DNA of 64,000 nucleotides, taken from the human T2T-CHM13v2.0 reference genome, Homo sapiens. How positions within the stretch are numbered: the stretch's first letter is position 1; the number at the start of each line of letters is the position of its first letter. The position numbers and the translations under genes were made by a program. The notes under the pieces are model-generated. The model was not told the DNA's origin. It made no database searches and saw only the letters and a program-made list of their open reading frames with translations. The stretch lies in assembly GCF_009914755.1 (NCBI RefSeq), contig NC_060934.1; one strand, written 5' to 3'. This document shows positions 33,241 to 48,239 of this stretch, one piece after another.

Positions 33241-33753
33241 CTCCTCAATAGTATCTTGATAGAGTGTAGTCCTAGTTCAGGATTCAAAACCCCATAGTTT
33301 TGATTTCATTATGGGCAAAAACTATAGACACATTTCTTTTAATATGGCTTTCCTCAAGAGAATTCACAGAGGCTCCACCCACACCATTGTATGCTGTGTG
33401 ATATGCTGCCTGTGATACACTTGCCAACCTGGAGGGTGACTTTTCCCAACAAACAGTGCTTCCTGTGCCTGCTGCATTTGTTTTGTGGTATCCCTTTTCC
33501 TCTTACAAAGCAAAGAAGAAAAAGGCACTTCTTTTTGATTTACAAGATGAGAAAAAATTATATCACATTGATGATTCCCACGTCATGCAATTAGGCATGT
33601 CAGTCCTACCCTTAGTAGCTGAATCCACATATTAATATCCAATCATATTGTTACCAATTTCAGAAGGCTTATAGAAATGCAGACATTTGAGCCCTCTCAT
33701 ATTAACTTCACAGATACCTGAGATCATCATCTTAATATCCTCAAGACTTATTG

Positions 33754-33889
33754 GGCCAGATGTGGCGCCCCATGCCTATAATCCCAACACTTTGGGAGGC
33801 CTAGGCAGGAGGATTCCTTGAGCCCAGGAGTTGAAGACCAGCCTGGGCAACAAAGCAAGACCCTGTCTCAAAATAAATAAATAAATAAA
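33754..33889 (+). mobile_element. FLAM_C Alu monomer with (AAAT)n tail
   Basis: TTGAGCCCAGGAGTTGAAGACCAGCCTGGGCAAC..GACCCTGTCTCAAAATAAAT. Confidence 0.88.
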
Positions 33890-35261
33890 ACACTTTGTTA
33901 GGGTCAATTTAGGATCCTGCTTGGGAGTCAAGAAAGATCTTATTTTATATGATCCCAAGTGCAGTGCTGTTTTCAGAAGGTTGATGAAGATTGGTTTCAG
34001 CATGCAAATTTGCAATCAAGAACACAAAGCACAGGGCATGGAGGAAAAGCAGACAATGAACCAGCTTGAATAAAAGTAAAACTAGAAAGATTTTCGGAGG
34101 AACCTGGAAGAACAAATGTTCACCTGATAAGCGAACCTCAGCTTTCTTTGTGTATCAGTCAATTCCCAGGAGTCTTTGCTAATAGTAGAGAGGAACTACA
34201 GTTAACTTGCTCCTATAGAAATCAGCTCTAAATTCCTGAGGATGCTGGCTTGACTTTTCTTTACTGGACCACTGCAGATCACCAGCTTTCGACAGAGTCA
34301 AGAGCCAAGACAGATACACGGGCCTTAAAACTAGAAACTTCCCTTTCCTCAATAACAGAGCATGTCACCTTGTAATGAAACACTTTGTCTAGTTTTTACA
34401 TGTTCCAAAATGACTATTGTTTATAATGAAGTTCTAAGCTAAGACTTTTCACAGGAATTAGATCCAATCACTGACTGAATAGCTCAGGATGGGTCATGCC
34501 ATTGTGAGATTATATGTCACAGTTTACTTGTGTTCTAGTGTGAATATTGGTGTTCTTAGAAGGAAATAAAACAGACTGAGCAGTCACTTCTAAAATATGA
34601 TTCTTTTTCTATGTTCATATTAGCACTTCCTGATTAATAATTCAATGAGATAATTTTATTAAAGCAAATGAAGATATTATAAGTTTCAAAGCTACTCTAT
34701 AGTAACCCTTTTACTTTTTAAACACAATATGATGTTTCAAGCATGATTAACATGAATTTCCAGAGAAGACTTAATATTCTTAACACATTAAACACTAAGG
34801 TAACAGCCAGTAATTATCCCTAGGAAATGGCTGTGTCCATAAACTGTTCAGCCTTCGTCTTTGTAGATCAATTTCTAGCAAGTAAAAATAGGGATGGACC
34901 AGGTATATTTTACAGGGAATTACATTTTCAGTCAATGATTTTGACACAATAGCATCCTCTTGGTTAAAAAGAGAACAGCTCAAATAATTATTTTAATAGT
35001 TTAACAGATGTATAAGAAAGTAAGTAAAGGAAGGGCTATGCTCAGACTGACAGAGCTAGATAATTATCTGGGATATATTTAAGTGAATTTTTCACCAATA
35101 AACTGCAAACTTCTGCCTCCTATTTGGAAACCCCTAAGGGATAAGCACCCCACTGTGCTGAAATAAACAAATTCAAAATGTAGATGAATATTTTAAATTC
35201 AACAAACTGGACCAATTCTTCCCTCGATCAGTCATCTATAGAGTGTTCTGGAGGAAAGATG

Positions 35262-35470
35262 TGAACATTTACTGAGTTCCAGAGACTAGATAGGTGTTTT
35301 ACACTTACCCTGATGTTTTATTGCCTCAGCAGTTCTGCAAGGTAGTTTTTATTATCTTTCACGTATATGGAGAAATCTGAGGCACCCAAGGACTAAGTAA
35401 CACATATTAACACTTGGTAAGTAGAGAGTTAGACCTGAGAGGTTTTCAGCAACCAAATTCTGTCTTTGTG
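35262..35470 (-). mobile_element. MIR
   Basis: AACATTTACTGAG..AGGTAG..TATTATC..GGAGAAATCTGAGGCAC..TAAGTAAC. Confidence 0.7.
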
Positions 35471-36514
35471 AAATTCTCTGTTACCTCATTGTCACCACCA
35501 AATTACTGTACTTGAGTCTCAGTGAAGGTTTGGTAAATGGATTTGAAATTCTTTTGATTTTTTTTCTATACCCAAATATATTAATAGTGCATTTTCCTAA
35601 TAAGATATTTAGCTTACATTTATGACCCTTTGAAATATTAAATTAATATATTGACAAATTCAGACTATAACATTTCTGAGAGAAAGTATCCTGGTAAACC
35701 TGGACTGCAGATAACCTTCAAACCACCTCATTGTAATGGTTACCTACTCTGCCTATCTCCAACATGCTCTGATTTCCTAATATTTACCTTAACCATATAT
35801 TGTCAGTAATGTGCATACCACTGAAGGCAGAGATGAGAAAAAGATGAAGGAGTAATAATTAGGCCTAGTCATTATGTGTGCTACCATTCTTATGAATTAA
35901 TTGAGAAAAAGTATAATTTCCGATTTAGAATATATATAATATAGAATATCAAATGCAAAGATTCAGAAATTTTATTTTACTCTGGGATTAGAAAACACCT
36001 TTGAGTAGGTTTAAATTATCCCTTCCTTTAGTCCCTAACTTAGAGTTTTTATAGTTAAATATAACTATAATTTGAAAAGTTGCTGAAATCTTTCACTTAG
36101 TCTATCATGCAAGGGCCCAAAATAGACTCAGAAACATATTACACAGATTGCTCATATTTCTAGAAACATGAGTCTCTGGAGATTTGTTTAAAGTTAATTA
36201 TAATTTCATTATAATGCATATGCACATAATATAATTTAGTGTCTTTACCTTTTGTAATTTACCTTCATTTTTAAATGCCACTCAAAATAATAAAGGCAAA
36301 TTCCTATTAATAAATGTGGGAGTTTTATTAAAACAGCGATTAAAAAGAAATACCATTCCAGAGACTTAACATTTAGCTCAAAAACTCTTACTGCTCTCGT
36401 GCAAATGATGATGCTAAGAGACATCTTTAATTTAATGTTGGCTAATGCTGTGCTTTGCTGGAATAGTCAAGTCAAGATATTGTATGCATTAGGAGGAATC
36501 TCTATGGTAACTAG

Positions 36515-36680
36515 AGCGTGGAACTGACCAGGAAGAGGTAAAAAGGAAAATCTTGAAGTGATGGAAAATTTTTATATTTTTGTTTGTTGCTGGTTATCAG
36601 AGTGCATATATTTGTCAAAACTCATTGAGCTGTACATTAAAAATGAATACATTTTGTTGCATGTAAATTATATGATAAAA
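36515..36680 (+). mobile_element. L1ME 3' end fragment
   Basis: GTGATGGAAAAT..ATTTGTCAAAACTCATTGAGCTGTACA..TGTAAATTATA. Confidence 0.75.
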
Positions 36681-37974
36681 CTTCTTTTATAACATAAAAC
36701 TTTTGTGATATTAAAGCTTTTATGATGTAAAAACTTTTATATCATAAAACTTCTTAAAATACACATGTTAACTATACAAAATAATAATATTGAGAAAAGT
36801 TATATTTCTTGAAAAAACTGTTTTTAGTATACTAGATTCCTATTAATCTGATATCTAAAACTACTAGGATGCTGATATTTTTGTTTGTATAATATTGCTA
36901 CTTAAATACTTTTAGATATCTGATTCATCTCTGCCTTGGGATGTAAAAGAAGTTACTACCTGAACTAAAATTTAAAATCAAACAAATTTAAAATTTACTT
37001 CTGGTTAAAATCTTCTCCAGGTTTTGGTACTGTCATTAGATTATTAATACCATAGGCTATTATGTGGCTGGGCATCTTTCCTTGGATTTAATTTTTGTAT
37101 ATAAGTAAAATTTCTGTAAGCTTAGTGCTCTTTCATATATAAAACCAAAGTTCACTTACAAATTAGCTTCCAACCACAAAATCCACCTTAAGGACATTAA
37201 TTTAATTTAATGCGACAGATAATGCTCATTGTCAAAATCACTGCTCTTGTGTGTCACAATGGAAACACGTAGCCTCAGGATAGTTTTACAGTCAATTTTA
37301 TTCTATAAGTTTTCTTGAATAATACTAATATAAGGAAGTTTATGGCCATAAGAATGTTAGGCAAAATTACATTCAATTATCTAAAGATTTTCTTAATGCT
37401 TAGAAGAAGACATCATACTTAATGAAAACCTTGCTAGAGCCATCTTCAATATAAATTTTAACAGTGTTTCACTTAATAAACATGTAAATTTTTTTGTTTG
37501 CTTGAAGATTTATTCCCTATTGTATCATTATTGAATTCTGTCTTCAACTGATACGTGATCCAATTATTATTGGGATCGAGGTCAAAATGGTCTTCCGTGA
37601 CTATTTCATTGGTATCTTTATAGCCAATAAACTGTTGAAGTTGATAGGGACAGGGGAAGAAAGCCAAGTCAAGCATACTTGCATGGTGAATGTGGAACCA
37701 AAGCTACAGTGTAGGTTTCCATTTGCCTGGGGATGTCCATATCCTTCCATAATTTTTCACTACTTAAACTACTAAAAACATTATACAATAATATCCCTTC
37801 CCCTTCTCTTGGAACAATACTATCAAAAACACAAATGTACACATGGGTGCTGAAATTGGGTGATCAATCATAATAACTGAAACATGATTTTTAAAATATA
37901 TAAAGAATAAATTTTAGAGTCATCTGTGCTGCTGTGTGGTTCATTATTTCTTCCCCTGCCCCAAATTTACAAAA

Positions 37975-38135
37975 CTGCTTTATTGAGGTATAACTGACAT
38001 ACAAAAAATATCTCATTGTTTAAAGTGTGCATTTTGGTAAGTTTTGTGAGATGTAGAGACAGCCTTGAAACAATCACCACCATCAAAATAATGAACATAT
38101 TCATTACCCTCAAAAGTTTTCTCATGTGCCTTTAT
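37975..38135 (-). mobile_element. L1MD-like 3' end fragment
   Basis: CTTTATTGAGGTATAACTGACATAC..ATCACCACCATCAAAATAATGAACATAT. Confidence 0.75.
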
Positions 38136-38382
38136 ATAAAACAGAGCCCTATTATAACTGACATTGACTATAACTGTCAGGAATCTTTTTATATTTACCA
38201 CAGAAGAATAATAAACATACAAACATTTTTCAAATAGAGAAGGTCCATTTCTCCATTCATTGATTACAAATATATCAGCTTTTAAAACAAATGTAACAAC
38301 ATTCTCCTCTTCTACTGTGCAAGATATTTTGAGTTGTTTGTTTTCAAATTTTGAGCTAAACTGGTCATGGTGTGCTCTGAAT

Positions 38383-38572
38383 TAATGATTTTCAAACTTT
38401 ACATAACCTTAGAATCACATGTAAGGTGTAATAAAACCCAAGTCACTGGTATTTACCCTCAGAGTTTCTGATTCAGTAGGTTTGGGTGGGGCTAAAAAAA
38501 TTATTTTTAACACATTCTCACATGATGCCGTTGATGTTAATCTGGAGATCATTCTTTCAGAACCAATGGTCT
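38383..38572. mobile_element. MER5A hAT-Charlie MITE
   Basis: TTCAAACTTT..AGAATCAC..CAGAGTTTCTGATTCAGTAGGT.TGGGTGGGGC..AGAACCAATGG. Confidence 0.85.
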
Positions 38573-40119
38573 AAATTACTCCCATTTTATTTCACTTCCA
38601 AAACAAACTTTATGGTACAACATGTTAAAAATAAACACAATAGTAAGGCTAGTTTGAATGTTGTCCAAAAACTGCTCCATTAAAGAGTTAAAATTTGATC
38701 TTCCAAGTGAGGTATTTAATTTGATTATACATTTTGCATAAATTTATGAGGATTTATTGTTAGATCCCAATCAATACTCTGAACAAAAATTGTACAGTAA
38801 TAAATCTAGGAGGTTCAAAACATGTGAAAATGTAACGAGGTCATAAATGCCTCATAGAGTTTGCTAATTTCCCATCCACACATTTTGCCTCATTCTTTTA
38901 AATTTTTTTGCTATTATTTTGTGATCAAAGTTAGCCACATTTATTATACAACATTTAGAAAATATATTAGTATATAAAGATGCAAATAAACATGATACAT
39001 AATCTCACATAACGTATCTTATAGTTATATGGACTACATCTGTATGTGAACAAGACCGACAGAAATGAATAGATATAAAGGAATCAGCACAGACATAGAT
39101 GCATATAAAATATTTGTTGAGAAATGCCATCAAAGCAAAAGTAAGAAACTGGTTTTCAAATTGTGTAGATTTTCAGTCTTTGACATACCAGAGAAATAAC
39201 GATATTCCCATTCATTGCAAAAGATGCAATTTTGTAAAATTGTGTGCATTTATATTTAAAAATTGAAAAATATGTGTTTTATATTTAAAAGTTAAAAATT
39301 TATATGTTCACTTTTATGGCTATTTCCCACATTAAATTATTCCACGTGTATTTTCCAACTCATGATGTATTTTCCAAAACCAAAATTTTTAAAGAATGAA
39401 AACCATTATTTCATATATATGTGCTAAGTTTAGAGTAACTTCCAATATTAGATGTCTAGGTATTTTCTGATTGATTTCTTTAAAAAAAAGTTTTTTTTCT
39501 AATATAAATAACACCAAAGAATACCACCAAACACAAGTAACCATTTATCTATCTATTTTTTGTTCTTTTACTACCATGTTGTTTTAATTTTAGTATTTTG
39601 TAATGTATTTTAATGTTCAGTAGGAGATAGTCCCCCTATTTTATGAGACTCTATATTTGGCTATAATAATTTCTCTGCAAATTAGTGTTAGAAAAATATG
39701 TGGGATCGTCAAAATTCTAAATAGGTTTTGATTTAATCTGCATTAAAGAAATAAATTGGTGCATAAAAGATCTGTCATCCTATCTTTTAACAATTTTTAA
39801 TCTCTCTCTCCAAGGCACATGGTGAATTTCATTTAAAATTTGGCAAAATTTTATAGTTTTCATTTTGGAAATTCTATATTTATTTTGTTTTTGTTATTTC
39901 TATGTATTATATGTTTTCAGTTATGGTAAGTAGAATTTTTATTATATTTTATGGACTTTTTGCATATTCATTACATATTTTATCCCTTATTTAAGAGATG
40001 TGTTATATTTTTATTGTAGTTACATTATTTTTATTGATAAGATATTTTAAATTTTACCAACTACCTTTCAGTATTTGTGGGAGAAAATTGTGTGTCACTG
40101 TATTGCTGATTTTTCTTAT

Positions 40120-43100
40120 TATTTAAACAGTTTCTTTGAGGTATCACAATATGACATAAAACTCAACCATTTTAAATGTACAACTCAATATTCTTTGAAA
40201 GTCTATGGAGTTGTGCAACCATCACCACACACCCAAGTCTGGAACATTTCCATCATCACAAAATTTTCCCTCATAACTTTCTGCAGTTGTTCTGCTTCTG
40301 CCTCTGTCCTGGGAAACTATTGATCAGCTTTCTGTCTCTATAACCCTTTTTAGTCATTTCATATAAAAGTAATTACATGTATTTTTTGTTCATTTTGGTT
40401 CTCTAAAGTACAGTAAAGGGTCTGTGATTTTTACCCCATTTTCAAGATAACAAGTGATTGTGCCACATTTTTACTGATGCTGGCAGAGAGGAAGGATAAG
40501 TATATCACTCATGACAACAGCATTATGCAGAGTATGAGCAGATTTCTGTGTCAGTTCCCCATACCCCAATTCTCACAGATTGACATGAAAAGGGCCAGGT
40601 GAGACCTGTACATACATTGGGTTGTAGTAACCAGACAGGGACACCGAGCTTTAGCAATTTTATAATAGGGAGTTAGCATGCCTGGCCTATGCCCAGGAGG
40701 GAGATACCATATCTGCATTCCAAGGCTGTTCACTGTGTAGATATCCTTGAAAATATAGCCTGAAACAAAGAGTATCCAGATGCTAACTCAAAAAATAAGA
40801 ACACAGGTGAAAGATCCTTGAAAAATTGTCCACCAACAGGTTTCTTTCACTTAGCAAAATGTTAAGGATTGTTTAGCATACGGTCTCAGTTTATTTTATT
40901 ACTGAATAGCATTCCATTGCATGATGGATATACCACATTTTGCTTATACATTCACTATTTGTAAACATTTGGATTGTTTTCAGTATATAGCCATTATGAA
41001 TACTACTGCTCTGACCATTCTTATATATTTCTTTTGTAACTATATATTTTAATTTGGGGGGTAGATTTCTAGAAATGGAATTTCTGGGTTATAGGTAAAT
41101 TTATGTTTGATATGATAAGATGTCAGAGTTATACTCCATTCAGGGTTGCTTGGGATCGGGTACCCTGGGGTGTGTGATTCTTGAATTCACTACCAAGAAA
41201 CATCTTTAAGTATGAAATTACATATTTCAATATCTGCTGATAAACTGAATCCTGTCTGTGGAATTCTTTGATATTTCACTTATTTGGTTATAAACTAAGA
41301 TGAGAAATAGTAAAAGTACTTATTGGGTCTCCTTAGAAACATCAACAAACACAGGGCATTATTTTTACTTCATCATTTTTATACAACATTTTATATTTGC
41401 TGAAGTTAAATCATTCCTATATTTTTCCTATATTGTACTAGGTACACATTTCGAATTCAACTATTAATACTGCACTCCATGACAAAGCTATAAAACTTAT
41501 CTCAATATATACAAACACATCAGGTACCTTTTAGTTTCCCATTTTATAATTAAAGAATCTCTCCCAGAATATCCTTTTACCAGTCTGCACTATTTCCTTT
41601 CTAGGGCCTATAAAAACCTGTCATCTTGGGCTGCATTTACTGTCATCTTGAGAATTGCATTTTTGTCTCTCCTATATTGGTTCTTTGGTTTCTGTATTCA
41701 CGTCTTTCTCTCTTGGTTAATTCCTTATTTAGTGTAACATATTCTTAAAACGCTGCTTCAATAAAGTATATTAGGTCTCGACAACCCTGAGAAATTTCAT
41801 GCTTTTATTCTACATCCATAATTTAAAATACCTTGGTAATGTGTAGAATTCTAAGTTAGAAATATTTCCTGGAGATAGTGAAGACAATACTCTTTGAGTC
41901 TCTGAAATAATAATAGAACGTAATCTCCTGCCAACCTAATATGCTTATCTAGGATTATTTCTTGATACATGAAAACAAATTTCTCTCTGGTTTTTATAAG
42001 GCCCCTTTATTTCACTAGCCTAGCCTTTTGAGTAAATAATACAGTACGCTTTTGAGTAATTCTATATTTTTGAGGTATTCTATTTACTTTTTTTCTTGAT
42101 TTCCTCTCTTTCTCATAGGAAGACACTTTTTTATCTGTATTTTTCAGTCTTTCCATTAAAATTTCTGCCATTAAATTTTAATTTTTAATAATACTTCCCT
42201 GTTTTTTCATATTCTAATTTACAGCAGCCTCTTGTTACTCTATGACAGTATCTCTGCTTATCTTTTTGAGAATTTTAATTCACATTTGTAAGGTTTTCTT
42301 CTCCCAGAATTGTCTGGGTTTTCTCTGAGCCTGCATTGTTTTGGATTGCATTCAGCTTCAGCAGTAAGCTACAGTAACAATAATACTTTACTAATTGTGG
42401 CAGAAACTAATACAACAAACAATCCCAGGCTAGTGCTGCTGCTCAAAGATGGTGTCATTATTATTATTATTATTTTGCTTCACATCCTTAGTGTGTGACT
42501 TTTATTGAGGTATCATGATGGCTCTCATACATCCAGGCATTATGTCTATATTTCAGCCAAGAAAAAGAATAAATGGGGTTGGGTTAAAGGGCTAAAGGTA
42601 TCATTAGCTGAGTTTATCTGCTAAAAAAAATTCCCCAGAAAGTTCACTTTGAAACTTCTTGTCATATATCTATGAGTATAGATATATGATATATCCAGAA
42701 TACATGTCTGGTCTCATGGCCTAAACAAAAAGCCATCTCACCCTTTCCTATGGGGTTGATGAATAACTTTTTGATGGTTAATTCGCAGGAACAGGGACAG
42801 ATGATGCTCTCAAATAGTGATTATTGCATTACCATTCATATTTAAATAATAAAACCTTTAAAATTAATTGTATTATCTTAGTCCAGACTTGGGGCATTGT
42901 TACCTAGTAAACCTCATTTGGAAGGTGTTCAGAAAAACGCATGGCCATTTTATCTGAGACCCCCAATATCAATATTAGTAAATCTCTAAGCTAGTTAGTT
43001 TCTCAGAAAAAAAAAGATCTAATCTGAATGGAAAGCATAAATCTGGCTTCCAAAATTTTAGAACAAAAGAAAGAACTTTGGAGTTTCTATTTTTTTCAGT

Positions 43101-43515
43101 ATTTTGATCTCAACATAATTCTCTTGTTGGTGTTTTGGTTCCTCAACCAGAACTTCAGCAGTTATTGATGTTACTGAGCACAGAATACCTCCTGAAAGTA
43201 AGCACTCCAGAGAAAACCACATGGCTACAGAGGCTGTGGATTTCTTGAGACTAGAGATCTAATGCCATTCTAATTTACCCAGTGCTTCCAACTCTTTAGT
43301 CTCTATTTATCTTTCTCACAAATTAGCTAGCTTTTCTTCTTTGGCCCCTGTGTAGGCCTTTAGGTTTTGGTTTTCTCTATTCTGATATGCCTGGTACTAC
43401 AGAACTATTTGTTTTCTATCTTTGAGTTGCCAGCAATTGCTCTATTCTCTACTGTTGTCTCCCTTCTGTTGTCTATTTTATTGTGATCTTAAACATTTTT
43501 ATAGCTTTAATTATA
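40120..43515 (-). mobile_element. L1ME-3'/HAL1-like composite (copy B) with nested LTRs
   Basis: L1ME 3' end at 40120-41120; HAL1-like TAGAATTCTAAGTTAGAAAT..GAAGACAAT and GACCCCCAATATCAATAT blocks; possible MLT1 remnant ~42390-42800. Confidence 0.6.
40402..40838 (-). mobile_element. Old ERVL-type solo LTR (LTR53-like, name uncertain)
   Basis: TAAAGGGTCTGTGATTTTTACCC..GATGCTGGCAGA; ends CAACA; 5-bp TSD GGTTC/GGTTT. Confidence 0.65.
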
Positions 43516-43602
43516 TTTTAGCATTTTGCAGAATGTAGATATTAATGCACTTTCTTTTTTTTAGCATTTTGCAAAATGTAGATATTAATGCACTTTCTTT
43601 TT

Positions 43603-43919
43603 ATTTTTTATTATTTATTTATTTTGAGACAGAATTTCACTCTTGTCACCCTGCCCAGGCTGGAGTGAAATGGCGCAATCTCGGCTAATTGCAACCTCCG
43701 CCTCTCAGGTTCAAGTGATTCTTCTCTCCTGCCTCAACCTCCCAAGTAGCTAGGATTACAGACACGCACCACCATACCTGGCTAATTTTTATATTATTTT
43801 AGTAGAATCAGGGTTTCACCATGTTGGCCAGGCTATTCTTGAACTCCTGACCTCAGGTGATACACCCGCTTTGGCCTTCCAAAGTACTGGGATTACAGGC
43901 GTGAGCTACTGCGCACAGC
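43603..43919 (-). mobile_element. AluSq/Sp
   Basis: TTTCACTCTTGT diagnostic; TSD TAATGCACTT. Confidence 0.92.
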
Positions 43920-44107
43920 TAATGCACTTCTTTCAACCAGAAGTTCTCCCCCATGCAGCCACACCAATATGTTTTAATATTTTAGTTGCTTTCACTAAAC
44001 TTGGAAGACATTTAGGAAACAGAATGATTTATATTATAAACATAGAGGTACATTCAGTGATGTGTCCCAAAAGACTGCTGGTGTCTTACATTAAAAATAG
44101 TTACTTC

Positions 44108-45509
44108 CCAAAACAGCATGGTACTGGTACCAAAACAGAGATATAGACCAATGGAACAGAACAGAGGCCTCAGAAATAATGCCACACATCTACAAACATC
44201 TGATCTTTGACAAACCTGACAAAAACAAGCAATGGGGAAAGGATTTCCTATTTAATAAATGGTGTTGGGAAAACCGGCTAGTCATATGCAGAAAACTGAA
44301 ACTGGACCCCTTCCTTACACCTTATACAAAAATTAAGATGGATTATAGACTTAAACGTAAAACCTAAAACCATAAAATCTCTAGAAGAAAACCTAGGCAA
44401 TACCATTCAGGACATAGGCATGGGCAAAGACTTCATGACTAAAACACCAAAAGCAATGGCAAAAAAAAAAAAAAAAGCCAAAATTGAAAAATGGGATCTA
44501 ATTAAACTAAAGAGCTTCTGCACAGCAAAACAAATTATCATCAGAGTGAATAGGCAACCTACAGAATGAGAGAAAATTTTTGCAATCTATCCATCTGACA
44601 AAGGGCTAATAGCTAGAATCTACAAGGAACTTAAACAAATTTGCAAGAAAAAAACAAACAACCCCATCAAAAAGTGGGCAAAGGATATGAACAGACACTT
44701 CTCAAAAGAAGACATTTATGCAGTCAACAAACATGAAAAAAAAAACTCATCATCACTGGTCATTAGAGAAATGCAAATCAAAACCACAATGAGATACCAT
44801 CTCGTGCCAGTTAGAATGACAATCATTAACAAGTCAGGAAACAACAGATGCTGGAGAGGATGTGGAGAAATGAAAACACTTTACACTGTTGGTGGGAGTG
44901 TAAATTAGTTCAACCATTGTGAAAGACAGTGTGGAGATTCCTCAAGGATCTGAAACCAGAAACACCATTTGACCCAGCAATCCCATTACCGGGTATATAC
45001 CCAAAGGATTATAAATCATTCTATAAAGACACATGAAAACATATGTTTACTGCAGCACTGTTTGCAATAGCAAAGACTTGGAACTAACCCAAATGCCCAT
45101 CAATGATATACTGGATAAAGAAAATGTGGCACATATACACCATGGAATACTATGCAGCTGTAAGAAAGGATGAGTTCATGTCCTTTGCAGGGACATGGAT
45201 GAAGCTGGAAACCATCATTCTCAGCAAACTAGCACAGGAATAGAAAATCAAACACCACATGTTCTCACTCATAAGTGGAAGGTGAACAATGAGAAGACAT
45301 GGACACAGGGAGGGGAACATCATGCACTGGGGCCAGTTGGGAGGTGGGAGGCTAGGGGAGGGACAGCATTAGAAGAAATTCCTAATGTAGATGATGTTTG
45401 ATAGGTGCATCAAACCACCATGGCATGTGTATACCTATGTAACAAACCTGCACGTTCTGCACATGTATCCCAGAACTTAAAGTATAATTTTTTAAAAAAG
45501 TGTAAAATA
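44108..45509 (+). mobile_element. L1PA7/8-like LINE-1, 5'-truncated
   Basis: ORF2 3' part and 3'UTR; TSD AAAAATAGT(T/C)ACTTC at 44093-44107 and 45510-45524. Confidence 0.95.
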
Positions 45510-45699
45510 AAAAATAGTCACTTCACCCCTCAAAATTAATTAAATCCAGTTTAAAATGCTTTATACCAAAGGAGACTAAAAAAGAAAAGGGAATGTGCTA
45601 AAATATGAATTTCATTTTATTACTGTGTGAGGTAATTTTTCTTTCTAGTTGTTCAATGTCATTACAACTCAATTAAGCTCTGGAAATATTTATCTATAG

Positions 45700-45950
45700 T
45701 CTTTGATATTTCATTATTGTTGATGTTTCAGAAACTTCTCTAGGCTCTGAGCATAAAGTCTGAAGTCTGAATGGATCATTGTCTTCATAGAACCTATAGT
45801 CAATTGGAAGTGATAAACATGTGCAGGCAATTTCATGTAGGGTGATGTAACCTTTGTTAGCGAAATACTGCCTCTGATGAAGGCAGTACTGGGTACTCAC
45901 TCAGAAAGTGTGGATTAAGGAAGGACATAACTTCTAAATTGAGACCCAAA
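45700..45950 (-). mobile_element. L2 fragment
   Basis: CTAGGCTCTGAG..TGTCTTCATAGAACCTATAGTC..AAGGAAGG..TTGAGACC pattern. Confidence 0.5.
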
Positions 45951-46214
45951 GTCTTGCTACCTAAGGAGTTTGGATTTTTTTCTCCCAATCTTTCTGTCAG
46001 ATTTGCCTTTCGTACTCCTGCTACTTTCAGGTAAGCTAAAATTCCAAGCTTTAAATATTTGACTCAAAGACTTTGTTTCACCAGGAAAACAAAAATCTTA
46101 TCACCTAGTGAAATATATTTCTTTATACTCTCCATTACCCAAGTCGAGAACCTATATAATTACACAAATTTTTGCCTGCCTTTTGCACTGGTCAAATAAC
46201 TGCACAGCTATATG

Positions 46215-46410
46215 TGGAGTTGTTGATAAGCCCTATTCCTTCTAGCAGTGAGATTTGGGTAGTTATTTAAGTTATCTAAGCTTTGCTTTATTCTCTGTAA
46301 ACGGTGATAATTCCATCTATTTCACAGAATAGGATCACGTGAAGTGTTGACTGTAAACTGATAAACAATGTACTTGACATACTAGGTACTTTATGCTAAA
46401 TGCCATTGTT
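46215..46410 (+). mobile_element. MIR
   Basis: GTTATTTAAGTTATCTAAGCTT..TCTCTGTAAA..GATAAT..CTATTTCACAG. Confidence 0.6.
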
Positions 46411-47402
46411 ACCAATGTATCCATTATATGAGAACAAAAACAGTTCAGGTTTATTTCTCATTGTGCTATTCTTATTATAAGGAACCCCATGATAATTGTT
46501 ATAAGTAATGTGGACACGAGACATCCAAGTAGCAAGAACAAATACAATATGTACAATTCATATGTATATGAATAATATAAAATTATTGATTCCACTTGCA
46601 TGTTATAATCTCTGCTATAGAATTATAGTGGTATAATGATATGTAATAATGATTATTATAGTTCATACTTTATTGATTTGAGTTGTGTATTACCTACCAC
46701 TATGTAATCAGGATCCTAGAGGTCACATTCTTTTGAATTTGTTTTGTAATTGGTTATTTAATTTTTTATTATTCTACAGCTATTATATTGCCATTTTGGC
46801 CTATATTCAGAAGAATAGATTTGTTTTCTGTGATAAAGAAATAGAATGATTTTGTCTTATTGTCTTGTCCAGAAAGATGAATCATGGAAAGACACTAAAA
46901 TCAAATATCTAACCCTTTGTATTAACACTAGAGGCATAATTTTTGTTAACTTTCCTCTACTTAATTCATCCCTTTGTTTTATCCAAAAAAATGAAATAGA
47001 ATAATTCTGTGGAAGAGAAAAGAAGTGTGTATCTGTGTATGTCCATCTGTGGTTTACTTCCTTAGATCAGCAATTATAAGAAAAACAAAGCATGTTTTAC
47101 ATTACAAATTTGAAAACTAAGTGAATAATGTATTTAATATTATCTCTCTACAGAGAAACAATTTAGGCTTACAAAATGAATGTAATTATCCCAAAATAAA
47201 TCAAGACATATTTTAATCCCTGGGGGAAAATGAATACATTAAAGTTTATGAAAACTAGTTGATGCTTTCTAATGTTATTATATGCTTTCCAATTTTTGAA
47301 ACTGATATCACATATTAAAAATATGTAGTTTATATAGGATTTGATGTTTCTATATTTTGGATTCTTATATATATAAAGATAGCATGAAAATCACATACAA
47401 AT

Positions 47403-48239
<837 letters not shown>

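Noticed and set aside
33570-33605. CRE half-site, octamer-like and p53 half-site cluster
   Set aside because: All imperfect or half sites; expected by chance
45694-45900. 68-aa minus-strand ORF
   Set aside because: Overlaps a probable L2 remnant; no splice or homology support
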